Positions 1 to 10,127 of a DNA stretch of 48,522 bases are shown here, one piece after another. Position 1 is the first letter of the stretch, and the number at the start of each line of letters is the position of its first letter. A program made the translations under genes and the position numbers. Source of the stretch: Chrysochromulina tobinii (taxonomy: Eukaryota); contig JWZX01002568.1 of NCBI GenBank assembly GCA_001275005.1, positions 1 to 48,522 on the forward strand, in the 5' to 3' direction. The notes under the pieces were generated by a model that saw only the letters and a list, made by a program, of their open reading frames with translations, searched no databases and had not been told where the DNA came from.

Positions 1-296
1 GCCGCTGCGGCCGGCGGGGCTGGTGTCGGCACGGCAGAGGCCGACGGCGCAGCCGACGCCATGCCCGGAGGGACGGGCTTGGGTACAGATAAAATGGTGG
101 GGGCAGCAGCGGGCCGCGGCGAGGGCACGGCGCTGACCGCCTTCTTGGTGGGTGATGGCAACGCAGGCACCGGAGCAGCCACCAGCGGGGCGGCGGGCTT
201 TGGCAGAGGGGCGGTGCTGGCGGCCACAGTGGCGGAGGCGGTCGGGGGGTGCGTGGCGGGTTTTGGCGGAGCCGTCGGCGCGAGTTGCGGCTCCAT
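1..296 (-). CDS. 5' part of a Pro/Ala-rich low-complexity protein (runs off left edge)
   Basis: Minus-strand frame from ATG at 296 reads MEPQLAPTAPPKPATHPPTASATVAASTAPLPKP... with no stop to base 1. It is divergent from the 589 ORF across an AT-richer spacer. Confidence 0.45.
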   Translation of the reverse strand, partial: MEPQLAPTAPPKPATHPPTASATVAASTAPLPKPAAPLVAAPVPALPSPTKKAVSAVPSPRPAAAPTILSVPKPVPPGMASAAPSASAVPTPAPPAAA

Positions 297-588
297 GTCG
301 CTCCCAGGGGTGCTGGAACGGTGGGAGGACAACCTTGCGGCTGCGGTTGGAAGACCACAGTTGAGAAAACGCTTCGCAACACGAAGACGCGAAGCCCTGT
401 TTCGTCAAGAATTGGGTGACACACTCAACCGCCAGGGTCGTTACAACCTAACGATATGACAGGCATGAAGCGTCACTAAATGTATGTGTCATCGCGCGAC
501 TGAAACCACCATTCACGAAATTACATCAAAGCGGCTCTAGGCTCCAGAGGTCCCCGCTCCGCCGTCATAGACGGAGGTCGGAGCGCGC

Positions 589-1506
589 ATGGCGCCCAAG
601 AAGGCGTCATGCGGCGTCAGCACGAGCTCGGACAAGGGTGAGAAGCTGCCAATGATGCAACCCCCTGGCGGAGGCTTCATGGGGCTCGCCAACCTGAGCG
701 CGGCCTTATCGCTCGACGAAATGCTCTCCGGGCTGGAAAAGGCGGCGCCGAGCGGCGGCCAGATGGGGCGCGCGCCATCGGTCGCCGATGGCTCAGAGCG
801 TGGTGGCAGAGCGCCGAGCAGCCGCGGCGGCCAGAGCATGATGAGCCGGCGCTCGGTGGGTACACGACAATCGACTGGCCGCATGTCGACGCGTGCCAGC
901 AGCTGTGGCAGCCGCGTTCGGTCGGTAATCGACGACAACATACGGATGCAGGCGCGCAAAGAGGCGCATAGCTACGGCCATGGACACCCGTCCGGCGCCG
1001 CCTCCGAGGCCGCGAGGCGCGCTCGCGCGACGGCGGACGCGATGCGCGACGCGGCCTCCCGCGTGCACGCCTACCGCAACCGCAGCGAGAACAACCCGTA
1101 CGTGGACACGCTACACAGGCGAAATCCAACGTACATGGACACGCCCGACAGCTTCACGCCGCGCTCGACGGGCTCGCGCGACGGCTCGCACTATGGTGGC
1201 GAGTACGCTCGCACGCCGCGCTCCCACGCGTCGAGCCGTGCGAGTAGCCCCGAGTCGAATGGCGGCAGGTCGCACGCCGAATCGACGTGGACGACGCGCT
1301 CGTCGGTGTGCCCCAGCCCGCGGCGGCCGCGCGGGACGTCCCTCGGCCCCGTCTTCTGCTCGCCCAAGTCCGAGCGCCTGCCCATGCGCCCGCGCAGCGA
1401 GCTCGAGCCGCGTAAGGTTGCTCTCGGCCCGTTTGCGACCGTCGATGGGCAGCGCCCGCGCAGGGTTACGGAGATGCGGCGCTCGGCCGGCACGGTGAAG
1501 TGCTGA
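589..1506 (+). CDS. Hypothetical Ser/Arg-rich disordered protein
   Basis: 305-aa ORF with GC3-rich codons; no recognisable domain. Confidence 0.55.
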   Translation: MAPKKASCGVSTSSDKGEKLPMMQPPGGGFMGLANLSAALSLDEMLSGLEKAAPSGGQMGRAPSVADGSERGGRAPSSRGGQSMMSRRSVGTRQSTGRMSTRASSCGSRVRSVIDDNIRMQARKEAHSYGHGHPSGAASEAARRARATADAMRDAASRVHAYRNRSENNPYVDTLHRRNPTYMDTPDSFTPRSTGSRDGSHYGGEYARTPRSHASSRASSPESNGGRSHAESTWTTRSSVCPSPRRPRGTSLGPVFCSPKSERLPMRPRSELEPRKVALGPFATVDGQRPRRVTEMRRSAGTVKC

Positions 1507-1803
1507 GATGCGAGGCACCAAGCTGGCAGACTCAGGCCCTTTAAGGCTTGAGCGTATCTAGGCTATGTTCAGGCCAATGGTTCAGGCTCTGGCTTCTGGT
1601 GAACTGGAGAAGTCCCACTGTACTATATAGGTCATATAGACGACTTATGCGTGGACGACTAGAGCGTAGAGGCTGTGGAAGGCTTACTAGTAAGGCTTTG
1701 GGGGCCCTGGCGGACCGCTGTCAAGCGTTGTCCCGGCGTCTTTTTGTCACAAGTTCTCCACGCCAACGGACGGTGAGTAGCGCTCGGGGGTTGGCCGAGT
1801 GTG

Positions 1804-4398
1804 ATGGGTTGCGGTGCGAGCTCGGCGGCTTCCGGCTCCACTACGCCCGAGGAGCTCAGCAAGGCCTCGAGCCGTGGGCTGATACATATTTTAGCGCGCG
1901 TCGAGTCCGACTCCTTTCTGGAGGTCGTCAAGTCGTTCAGCAAGGGCTCATCGAGCTTCGAAGACCAGAAGAGCTGGGCCGCGTGGCTCGAGGCGGTGCA
2001 CAAATGCATCGACGCCATCTGGAAGCCGTTGCTCGATGCGATCGAAGCGCAGGCCGCCTCATTGAGCGGCGGCGGCTGGGCGGCGCTCGACACCGCCGTG
2101 CTCCTCAAGCTGATGCTCAGTGCGGCAGGCAACCGCATCGAGTCGATCCGTTTGGCGACGGCGGCGCTGGTCGACCTGGGCGGCGCGCTCTGGGAGTGTC
2201 AGCGCCCGCACAGCACCACAGCAAAAGCGGGCACGGCCGCCAGCGAGGCTGCCTTCCAGAGTGCGCAACTCGGCCGGCTGCTCGGGCTGATCTCGATGGC
2301 ACTGTTCCGAACGGTGGGCGTCGAGGATGCTGCGGGGCTGGAGCGGAAGCTCGGTCCATACGAGGAGCTGCGCACGCGCTTCGGCATCGGCTCAGCCAAC
2401 CTGTGCGCGCTCCTCGACGGCCGTTCGAAAGGCGTGCTCCTCTACCTCGAGGCTGTCCAGTTAGGCGACTCGCGCCTCAAGTTGGCGGTCCATCGACCCC
2501 AGGCTTTCAAGGATGGCCTCACGGCCTTCGAGGGCTCCGCGCAAAAGGCCAACGGCTCGGTCGGCTCCGTCAAGCTCTTCCCGCGCTTCCACTCGGAGGC
2601 GGGCGGTGGCTGGGAGGAAGGCGAGGGCCATGGCCCGCGAAAGGAGCTCTTCGCCCTCTTCGGAGAGCAGATGCTCGGTGGCAGCGCCGGTGCCAGCGCC
2701 GGTGCCAGCGCTGGTTCCAGCGCCGGCAGCAGCGGGGGAGGCGGGAGCGGCGGCGGCGGCAGCAGCGGGATGCGCAGCGGCGGCGCCAGCGGCGAGGCCG
2801 TGGTGCTGCCGTACGCCTCCGCGTCACGACAGCACTGGCTGCCGCTCGAGGGCCCTCCCTCGAGGCGATCCAGCGAGCGCGAACGCTTGCTCCGATTCGC
2901 TGGTTGGGTGCTCGGTCAGAGTGTGTGCAACCGCGCGCCGCTGCAGCAGCGCGGGCTGCCGCCGCTCCTCTTTCGCGCCCTGCACGCGGGTGAGCCGCCT
3001 CCGCCTTCGATGGAGATCCTCGCGGAGTTTGACCCGATCGCCGCCCAGAGGCTGGCTCTCGTCGCCCGGATGCCGTCGCTCGAGTTCGCGGACTTGTGCG
3101 AGCTCGATGGCCTCGAGCCCGCAGCGACCTCTCGGGATGGATACGTCAAGGCCGCCGCCGCGCGCCTGCTCTACGGAGAGCAGCAGGAGGCTCACTGGCA
3201 GCTGGCGGCGCTCTGCGAGGGCTTTGAGACGGCCCTGCCTCGCTCGTGCCTCGAAGCGGCACGCGTCAGCGCTCTGCAGCTCGGCCAGATCATCAGTGGC
3301 GTGGGCGGCGGCGCGGCCGGAGACGAAAAGGACGAGGCCGTCGGCGGCGCGTCCGACTTTGCGCTGCGCGCCGCCTTCAGGGTCGCTGTGTCCGACGAGC
3401 TCATCGCGAGCGGACCGCTGATGACAGCGTTTTGGCGCGTCGTCGATGGATGGGCTCCACCCGCAAAGCGACGGCTGGTTCACTTCATTACTGGGAGTGA
3501 GCGGTTGCCGGCGCCCGGCTCGGAGCTGATCACGATCACACCCGCGTCCACCGAGGCAGACGAGAGCGCCTTGCTCGGCATGCTGCCACAGGCGCACACG
3601 TGCGATAATCTCCTCGAGCTCCCGAATTATTACCACGCGCTCATCGCCCGCAACAAGCAGCTGCCCCCCCAGACAGCCGTTCCACAGTCCACAGCCCAAT
3701 CGCGAGCTGTTCCACAGCTCCAAGAGCTCGAGCAGGTCTTGCACGAGCGGCTATGGATGGCAGTGCACGAGTGTGCCGCATACGGCATCGACGAGCTAGC
3801 GGCGCCTACGGTAAGGCTGACGTCCTCGCAGTCACGCTCACCGAGGACTGTCGTGAGCACTTTGCCCACCAGCTCCACTCGCGCTGTGAGCACTTTGCCC
3901 ACCAGCTCCACTCGCGCCGTGCCCTTCTCCAGCCGCTCCAATGCCCGAGTGGCGCCAGCCGATGAGGAGGACGATCTCGCCGATCTCGACATGCTGATCG
4001 CTGACACGAGCGACGAGACCAGCGCCCACCACAGCGCTCCTTTCGCGCGGCCCACGGCGCAGCCCACTACGGCGCTGACTACGGCGCAGCGCACGGTTGG
4101 ACAAACTCGAGCAGCCCGCAGAGATCACGAGGATGCTGAAGGCGGCGTCGACAACATCGACGAGCTTGGCAGCATCGATGATCTGCTCGTTGAGTTCCAT
4201 CAGAAACCCGAGGTCAGCCAGGTGCCACGTGGTTCCGGACCACGTGCGGAGCCACGGTTGCCACGCCGCGACGTGCTCACAACGGCTGCGAAGGCCGCGC
4301 CCAACATGGCGCCGCGTCCAAAGGTGCACGCGATCAAGGCGGCATCGGCGGATGAGCTAGATGAGCTCGAGCGCGAGCTCGAGAAATTAGAGCTGTAA
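1804..4398 (+). CDS. HECT-domain E3 ubiquitin ligase with N-terminal MGCGAS acylation motif
   Basis: HECT motifs EEGEGHGPRKELF, FWRVV..W....KRRLVHFITGSERLP and LPQAHTCDNLLELPNY (catalytic Cys). ATG at 1804 gives MGCGASS. Confidence 0.9.
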   Translation: MGCGASSAASGSTTPEELSKASSRGLIHILARVESDSFLEVVKSFSKGSSSFEDQKSWAAWLEAVHKCIDAIWKPLLDAIEAQAASLSGGGWAALDTAVLLKLMLSAAGNRIESIRLATAALVDLGGALWECQRPHSTTAKAGTAASEAAFQSAQLGRLLGLISMALFRTVGVEDAAGLERKLGPYEELRTRFGIGSANLCALLDGRSKGVLLYLEAVQLGDSRLKLAVHRPQAFKDGLTAFEGSAQKANGSVGSVKLFPRFHSEAGGGWEEGEGHGPRKELFALFGEQMLGGSAGASAGASAGSSAGSSGGGGSGGGGSSGMRSGGASGEAVVLPYASASRQHWLPLEGPPSRRSSERERLLRFAGWVLGQSVCNRAPLQQRGLPPLLFRALHAGEPPPPSMEILAEFDPIAAQRLALVARMPSLEFADLCELDGLEPAATSRDGYVKAAAARLLYGEQQEAHWQLAALCEGFETALPRSCLEAARVSALQLGQIISGVGGGAAGDEKDEAVGGASDFALRAAFRVAVSDELIASGPLMTAFWRVVDGWAPPAKRRLVHFITGSERLPAPGSELITITPASTEADESALLGMLPQAHTCDNLLELPNYYHALIARNKQLPPQTAVPQSTAQSRAVPQLQELEQVLHERLWMAVHECAAYGIDELAAPTVRLTSSQSRSPRTVVSTLPTSSTRAVSTLPTSSTRAVPFSSRSNARVAPADEEDDLADLDMLIADTSDETSAHHSAPFARPTAQPTTALTTAQRTVGQTRAARRDHEDAEGGVDNIDELGSIDDLLVEFHQKPEVSQVPRGSGPRAEPRLPRRDVLTTAAKAAPNMAPRPKVHAIKAASADELDELERELEKLEL
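3853..3918 (+). repeat. 33-bp in-frame tandem duplication (VSTLPTSSTRA x2)
   Basis: gtgagcactttgcccaccagctccactcgcgc(t/c) repeated head to tail. Confidence 0.95.
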
Positions 4399-4414
4399 GC
4401 CGAGCGGGGCACTG

Positions 4415-4463
4415 AGGCATCGTCATCGGACATCTAAGGTAATAGGCATCGTCATCGGACATC
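4415..4463. repeat. 20-bp direct repeat in the 3' region of the HECT gene
   Basis: aggcatcgtcatcggacatc at 4415-4434 and 4444-4463. Confidence 0.9.
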
Positions 4464-5281
4464 GGCATGCGACCGTCGGCCGTCCTTGGTCCTACGGCCC
4501 GGCGTGGCCCCGCCGCGGTGTGTGCACTGGAGGGTGCTGTGCGCGCCGCCCGCCGGTGAACGGCTCAGAAGCCGGGAAGCGGGATGGTATTCAAGGGATT
4601 ATTATACCTAGTACGGTTATGGTCGCCGCGTGACTTGTCGGTGACGGTCGCGGTGAACGTGTGTTTGCGTGTATCGTGCGTGCCGCGCGGTGACCGATTT
4701 ACGTTACCACCCCGCGCCACTCTGCACTCTCATCTCTCGGGGTCGCCCGCGGTCCGGCTCCGGGCGCGCGGGAGCGACCGAGAAACGGTGTTCGGTGACG
4801 AATGTGGAATCCGCAATCCCGGAAAAACGACGAATTCGAATCCGATGACGCGATTGGAGATATCGCGGACGTGTCGTGTACGTGTGAGTGGGGTCGCGCG
4901 TCGTGAACACGTGAGTTTAAAGTCCGTCGCGCGTCCGCCGTGAGTGTGACACTGGTCACTGCCAGGGGCGGTGTCGGCAACTGCAGCCGTGCGTTCCGGT
5001 AGTCGCCGAGTCGCCAGTATGAAAAGTATCCGGCCGGCGCGCACGACACGGCCGGACGTTTATTTTTAAGCCGGATTTTGATACAAATGAAACGATATGT
5101 CGTCGCAACGCAGCTCTCCGAAGACCCTCTGCACAAAAACGGATCGGTGCACACAGTGTGCTGAGACACTGCTGCATGTCGTAAAACATTGGGGTGTGAC
5201 GGCTGAGAGGACGCGTTCGCGTGCGGTCCCGCCGCCGCCCCCACGGTCGTCCCCGGGGCATGGAGGGGGGCGATATCGTCT

Positions 5282-6259
5282 CTACATCGCCTTGGCTTTC
5301 TTGGCCTCCTCGGCCAGCTTGATACTCTCGCGCTTCCACATGCCCGTGCCACGCTTGCGCTCGGTGACGCTGCCGCACATGGCGGCAAAGTCGATGATGA
5401 GCTTCGTTGGGTTGAACTGCTGCAGCACGCCGTACTCGGAGGCGGCGTAGTCAAAGGGGTACTTGTGGTGCCAGTTGTGCCAGCCCTCGCCAATCGACGC
5501 GATCGCCACGAGCGGGTTCTCGGCCGGGTTCGACTTGGGGTCGTACGGCCGCTCGCCCCACAGATGAGCAGCGGAGTTGACGAACCACGTCATGTGGAGC
5601 ACCCACACATAGCGGACAGCGCCCGGCACGAAGAAGCCGACGGCGCCGCTCTCGCCCCAACCGTACGACGCGACGATGGCCGGGAAGGCGAAGCACCACA
5701 GGATGTTCCAGTACGGGTCCCACTTCTTCTGGAACATGACGAAGCCGTCCTGGCGCAGGTCGTCCATGTTGACCTTTGCGCCCGCCTCGCCGACGCGCTT
5801 GTCCTTCTTGAGGTAGAGCCAGCCGATGTGCGCGAAGATGAAGCCGCGGATCGCATCGTGCGGATCGGCCACGGTCTCGCTGTGGAAGTGGTGCGTGCGG
5901 TGGTCGCGCGACCAGTGCCAGATCGAGCCCTGGTTGGCGATGCTGTTGGCAATCATAGTGAGGCCGCGGAAGATCGGACCAGCAGTGTAGCTGCGGTGCG
6001 ACCAGAGGCGGTGCGCGCCGCCGGTGATGCCGAAGCCCGAGATGAGCCACAGCGCGAAGGACCACCACAGGGTCGCCGCCTTGGCCTGCGCGATGTACGT
6101 CAGGCCGAAGAGCGCGAGCACGTGCACGGCCGTAATGTAGCCGCCCATCGCCCACCGGACGTCCTTGAGCTTCCAGGGCGGCAGGCGCTGCTGCAGGTGG
6201 TATGGGACGCGCTTGTCATCCGACTCAGTAATCTGCGCAGGCGCGTCGACAGCGGCCAT
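5282..6259 (-). CDS. Acyl-CoA/acyl-lipid delta-9 fatty acid desaturase (SCD/OLE1 family, no fused cytochrome b5)
   Basis: Three His boxes HRLWSH, HRTHH and HNWHH; GITGGAHRLW, DPH, FVNSAAH and GEGWHNWHH..P.DY motifs. Confidence 0.95.
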   Translation of the reverse strand: MAAVDAPAQITESDDKRVPYHLQQRLPPWKLKDVRWAMGGYITAVHVLALFGLTYIAQAKAATLWWSFALWLISGFGITGGAHRLWSHRSYTAGPIFRGLTMIANSIANQGSIWHWSRDHRTHHFHSETVADPHDAIRGFIFAHIGWLYLKKDKRVGEAGAKVNMDDLRQDGFVMFQKKWDPYWNILWCFAFPAIVASYGWGESGAVGFFVPGAVRYVWVLHMTWFVNSAAHLWGERPYDPKSNPAENPLVAIASIGEGWHNWHHKYPFDYAASEYGVLQQFNPTKLIIDFAAMCGSVTERKRGTGMWKRESIKLAEEAKKAKAM

Positions 6260-6333
6260 GGTTGCCGCCGACTAGCCTGCAGCACAGACGAGAGCCGAAC
6301 GAGATGCTCGTTGAGATTAGGCGCCTAGGGCGC

Positions 6334-6370
6334 AGCCAATGTGAGTGCCTGATGGGCCACGCCAGCCAAT
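6334..6370. promoter_or_regulatory. Paired CCAAT boxes in the divergent desaturase/TGT spacer
   Basis: AGCCAAT at 6334-6340 and 6364-6370, 30 bp apart. Confidence 0.25.
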
Positions 6371-6540
6371 CCGGCATGCCTGTACGATGCGCCAGCACGT
6401 AGCACGCAGCCCGGCAATGCGCCGCTCGCCATGGGAGCCAGACGCGGCGCACGGTTGGGGGCAGGCTGCACCTGGAAGGAAGGGTCAGCGAAGAAGTCGA
6501 ACACTGTGATCCCGCTTGGCGATCGGGAATCCAAGCGAAG

Positions 6541-7534
6541 ATGGAAATCGAGGGAATCTCCGGCGTCAGAATTGGGTCTGTAATCATAGGAGTCCAGAGG
6601 GCCGCCGCGCGCGCAGAAGCGTTTTACAAACTCCTGTGTGCCGAACCGAAAGTTGACGATTCTACGCCTGATGCGTCAGTCCGAGCAAGCTGCGACATTT
6701 TCGACGAGATCATCGCCAAGAGCGAGCTCGTGCGTACGCTGCGGTCGACCAGCACGGAGATGGATGCAGAAGCCGCCAACGTGGCCCTCTCCGAGCTGCT
6801 CGAGCTTAAGGCACGCTACCACACGCTGACGGGTGAGGAGTACCGCAAGAGCACAAAGCGCAGTCGCGCTGGGTCGGCGGCCGAGGCTCCCGAAGGAGGT
6901 TCCGCAGCTGCCCCGAGCGACAGTACCTGCGCAAGCAGTAGCGCCAACGGCCGTCGGCCAAAGCAGCCGCGCGTCGCCAAGCCCAAGGCGTCAGAGGAGC
7001 CCGTCGACCCGATGACGCTGCCACCGCCAGCGGACGACTTCCCGCCGTGGGCGCCGCGAGACTTTTTTCGCTTCGAGCTGGTGCACCGCTCGCGCAAGCC
7101 GGGCTCTCGCGCGCGCGTCGGCCGCATCTTCACACCGCACGGCGTCATCGAGACGCCCGCCTTCGTGCCAGTAGGGACAAACGCAGCGCTCAAGTGCCTC
7201 GACGAGCGCCATGCGGCGCGACGCGGGTGTGCAGCTCATGTTCTGCAACACTTACCACCTGCTCGTGCACCCCTGTTCGGACGTGGTGAGCGGCGCGGGC
7301 GGGCTCCACTCGTGGATGCAACACGAAGGGCCTCTGATCACCGATAGCGGTGGCTTCCAGGTCTTCAGCCTTGCAGAGCCTAACGAGGATGATGCGGCCG
7401 GGCCTGAAATGAAGCGCAAGAACAAGTCGCGCGTGGCGAACCGCGAGGGCGGCGCGGGCGGCAGTTCGTCGCTCCTCTCAGTGAGCGAGCGCGGCGCCCG
7501 CTTCCGCTCGTATCACGATGGGAAGGAGATCGAG
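6541..7534 (+). pseudogene. tgt: WHEP-TRS-like domain fused to the N-terminal half of queuine tRNA-ribosyltransferase; frameshifted and truncated
   Basis: ELVRTLRS...ALSELLELKARYHTLTGEEY is WHEP-like (~6697-6843). TGT motifs RARVGRIFTPHGVIETPAFVPVGT follow, then after a frameshift at ~7216 MFCNTYHL and TDSGGFQVFSL...FRSYHDGKEIE. The C-terminal TGT half was not seen in the window. Confidence 0.8.
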
Positions 7535-8326
7535 CATGGCACCTGGCTCGTGCATGGCGACGTGGTGCTCACCGTGCGCGAGGAGTCGCGCTCGGGGCAG
7601 CTGCTCTGCCGCCCGGGCTTCCATGCCGACTTTGCGGCCGCTGCCGGAGTGCTCCGCTTGCCCTGCGCGATGCCCTCGATGGAGCTGCCTCGCGGCTGCC
7701 CGCGAGTGGTTTCATCGATGTGATGCTGGCGCCTCGGGCGGCGGCACCGGGTGCGGCGAGCGGCGGCGCGATCGCTGAGGCAGTCGACTTGCTCCGCCGG
7801 GCCGTCGCCTTCCACGGCGGCAGTGCCGCTGGTGCTGTTGGTGCCGCTGGTGCGCCGCGCGGCGCCAATGCCGCTACCGTCTTCGCGCTGGACGACGATG
7901 ACGATTCGGCAGAGGCGGTGAGGGCGATCAAGGCGGCTGATGAAGTGGATGCAGGGCTGCCTCTCTCGAGCGTGTGGCCTGCAGCAGCAGCACCAGCCGT
8001 GGCGGCTAAAGCCGCCCGCTCTGCCGCGCCAGCCCCGCCAAGGGCAGCAGCCACCGCGCCCCGCCCAGCAACTGTTCCTTTGCCAGCTGCGCCACCCGTG
8101 CCGCCAGCGCCAGCAATGCCGGTACGAGCACCGAGGGCGACTTCAGTGGCCGTTACCGAAGCCATGTCCCCCGCGTCTTTGCTCACTCGATACGCTGCGA
8201 AGCCCAGCGGCAACGATGCGACGGCGTCCGTGGCCACACCAACGGCGCCGGCACCGACACCGCTAGGGAAGCCACCAGCCCCTGTGGTTGCCCTCGTGCC
8301 AGCGCCCGTGCTGGCGCCTGCCCCGT

Positions 8327-8363
<37 letters not shown>

Positions 8364-8547
8364 ACCTTTGCCAGAGCCTGCAGCCCCGCATGGCGTCGGA
8401 GCGGCAGATATAGGCGAGATGCTCGCGAGGGAGATTGAGCAGGAGCTTGATCTGGATGATGGGGAACTCGATCTCGATGAAGCGCTGACGAAACCTGTGA
8501 CGGATGCAGATGCGCTCGATGCTGAGTTCGAGAGCCTTCTTGGGTGA
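7535..8547 (+). pseudogene. C-terminal fragment of a protein with a PTEN/tensin-type C2-like end, Pro/Ala-rich linker and acidic tail; frameshifted
   Basis: VHGDVVLTVREE...LLCR.GFHADF...VLRLP (frame of 7211) continues as RDALDGAASRLPASGFIDVML (frame of 7720) after a shift at ~7664. The pattern resembles PTEN_C2 (GD...F...L...LD.....F.V). Confidence 0.5.
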
Positions 8548-8869
8548 TGGTCGGGCGCATGCGGCACGACGGCATGGCGCACGTGGCGGTGCTTGTCGGT
8601 GCGATGTGGTGTACGTTGGCATGGGTACTAGTGCCGTATGTATAGTACTGACGGCTCTGACGGGTTCCACACGACCGTACGTGGCGGTAGAGCGGTAGTT
8701 CGTTTCATCGGGTTGCGGGTCTCGGGCACTCGGGCTGCGTTTCGCTATAGGGTTGCTTCGGAGTCGGGAGGCTGTGCCTGTGGGGTTGGGCCATGGGCCC
8801 GTAAGTGCCGTATTTAAGTACACCCCCTCTCGCCTATATATCCTACTATATCTATATCTATAACTTACA

Positions 8870-10093
8870 CTATAGCTCGGCCTTGAGCCCCTCGCGCGGC
8901 TTGGGGCACGCCCATCGCGTGAACGCGCGCGCGTAGTAGCGCTTCGCGTCGCGCCACCATGCCATCGTGAGCGCCTGCTGCTCGTCCAAGCGCTCCGCGG
9001 ACCACGCTAAGGCCGCGAGACGCGCAGAGAGCTCGCTTTCGTGCGTCACGAACACAAAGGGCGGAGGCTCGCCAGTGACGTTGCGCAGTGGCGCGAAGGC
9101 GGCATTCACGGCCTCAATCGCATCGGCATCGTACGTGGGCACGGTGCCCACCGCAGCCTCCCCGGGGCCAAAACGGAGCACCACCACCGGTATGCAGCCG
9201 CCCTCGAGCCCCTCATAGAGCCGATTGCTCTCCACTGATGAGCCTGGCAATTGGAGGCATAGCGCCGAGTCGAGAGTGGCGCGCACGTACGCCTCATCGT
9301 CGCACGCACTGCCGTAGCACGCGACGTTTCCGCGGCGGTGAAAGACCCGTGCCGGCACGGTCGCCTCCTCCTCGTCGTCGTCGACGCCACCGCCCCGGAC
9401 TGAGCGCACGCTGAGCAGATCAAGGGCGCCATCCACGAGTGCGATCCGCTTCGCGCGGTCGCTCTTATCCGTAGAGCCGAGGAAGCTGAGAAAGTGGCGG
9501 CGGGTCGATGCTTTCGGGACCCTCGAGAGCATATCGAGCGCCGTGCCGGGCGCCATTGTCCCCTTCGAGACGAGGTCTGCCGTGCGGAGCACCCACTGCG
9601 GATTCATGCCGATGGGAAACCACTCGACAGCGCCGCGCTCGCGCGCTGCCGCGAGCGCACCGGAGGCATCCGGTAGCCAATACTGTCGAAAGGCATGGCG
9701 CCACCGACGATACTCAGCGGCCGAGGTGGCGGCGCGGTGCTGCCAAATGTTACCATCCGAAATGTGGATGAGCACGAGATCACTCAGCTGCACTCGGTAG
9801 AACGACGCGAGCGCCTCCACTATCGCAAGCTGCTGCGACTGCGCGACGACGAGCGCTCCCGGCACGACGGCGGCTGCGCCGCGCTCATGTCGGCCGTGCG
9901 CGAGATCATCGACGAGATCGGCGATGCACACAAGGCGCACGTGGCAGGCTCGGAGGAGCACCTGTGGGATCCATGCCTCTTCGGCACCCGCGTAGCCGCA
10001 GGGGTAGAGGACGGGGATCGCCGGATTTTGGACGCTCTCTGCTGCGACGGCACCTTCCGCTTCTCCTCTCACGGCACTGCCCGGGTCACCAGG

Positions 10094-10127
<34 letters not shown>

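Noticed and set aside
3811..3831. 21-nt GTAAGG-CTGAC-GTCCTCG-CAG micro-intron look-alike in the HECT gene
   Set aside because: Far shorter than the other introns here (81-106 nt), in frame, and not needed to restore any motif; likely coincidence.
7205..7225. Programmed ribosomal frameshift in tgt
   Set aside because: No slippery heptamer or adjacent stop, and the gene is also truncated; an indel or sequencing error is simpler.
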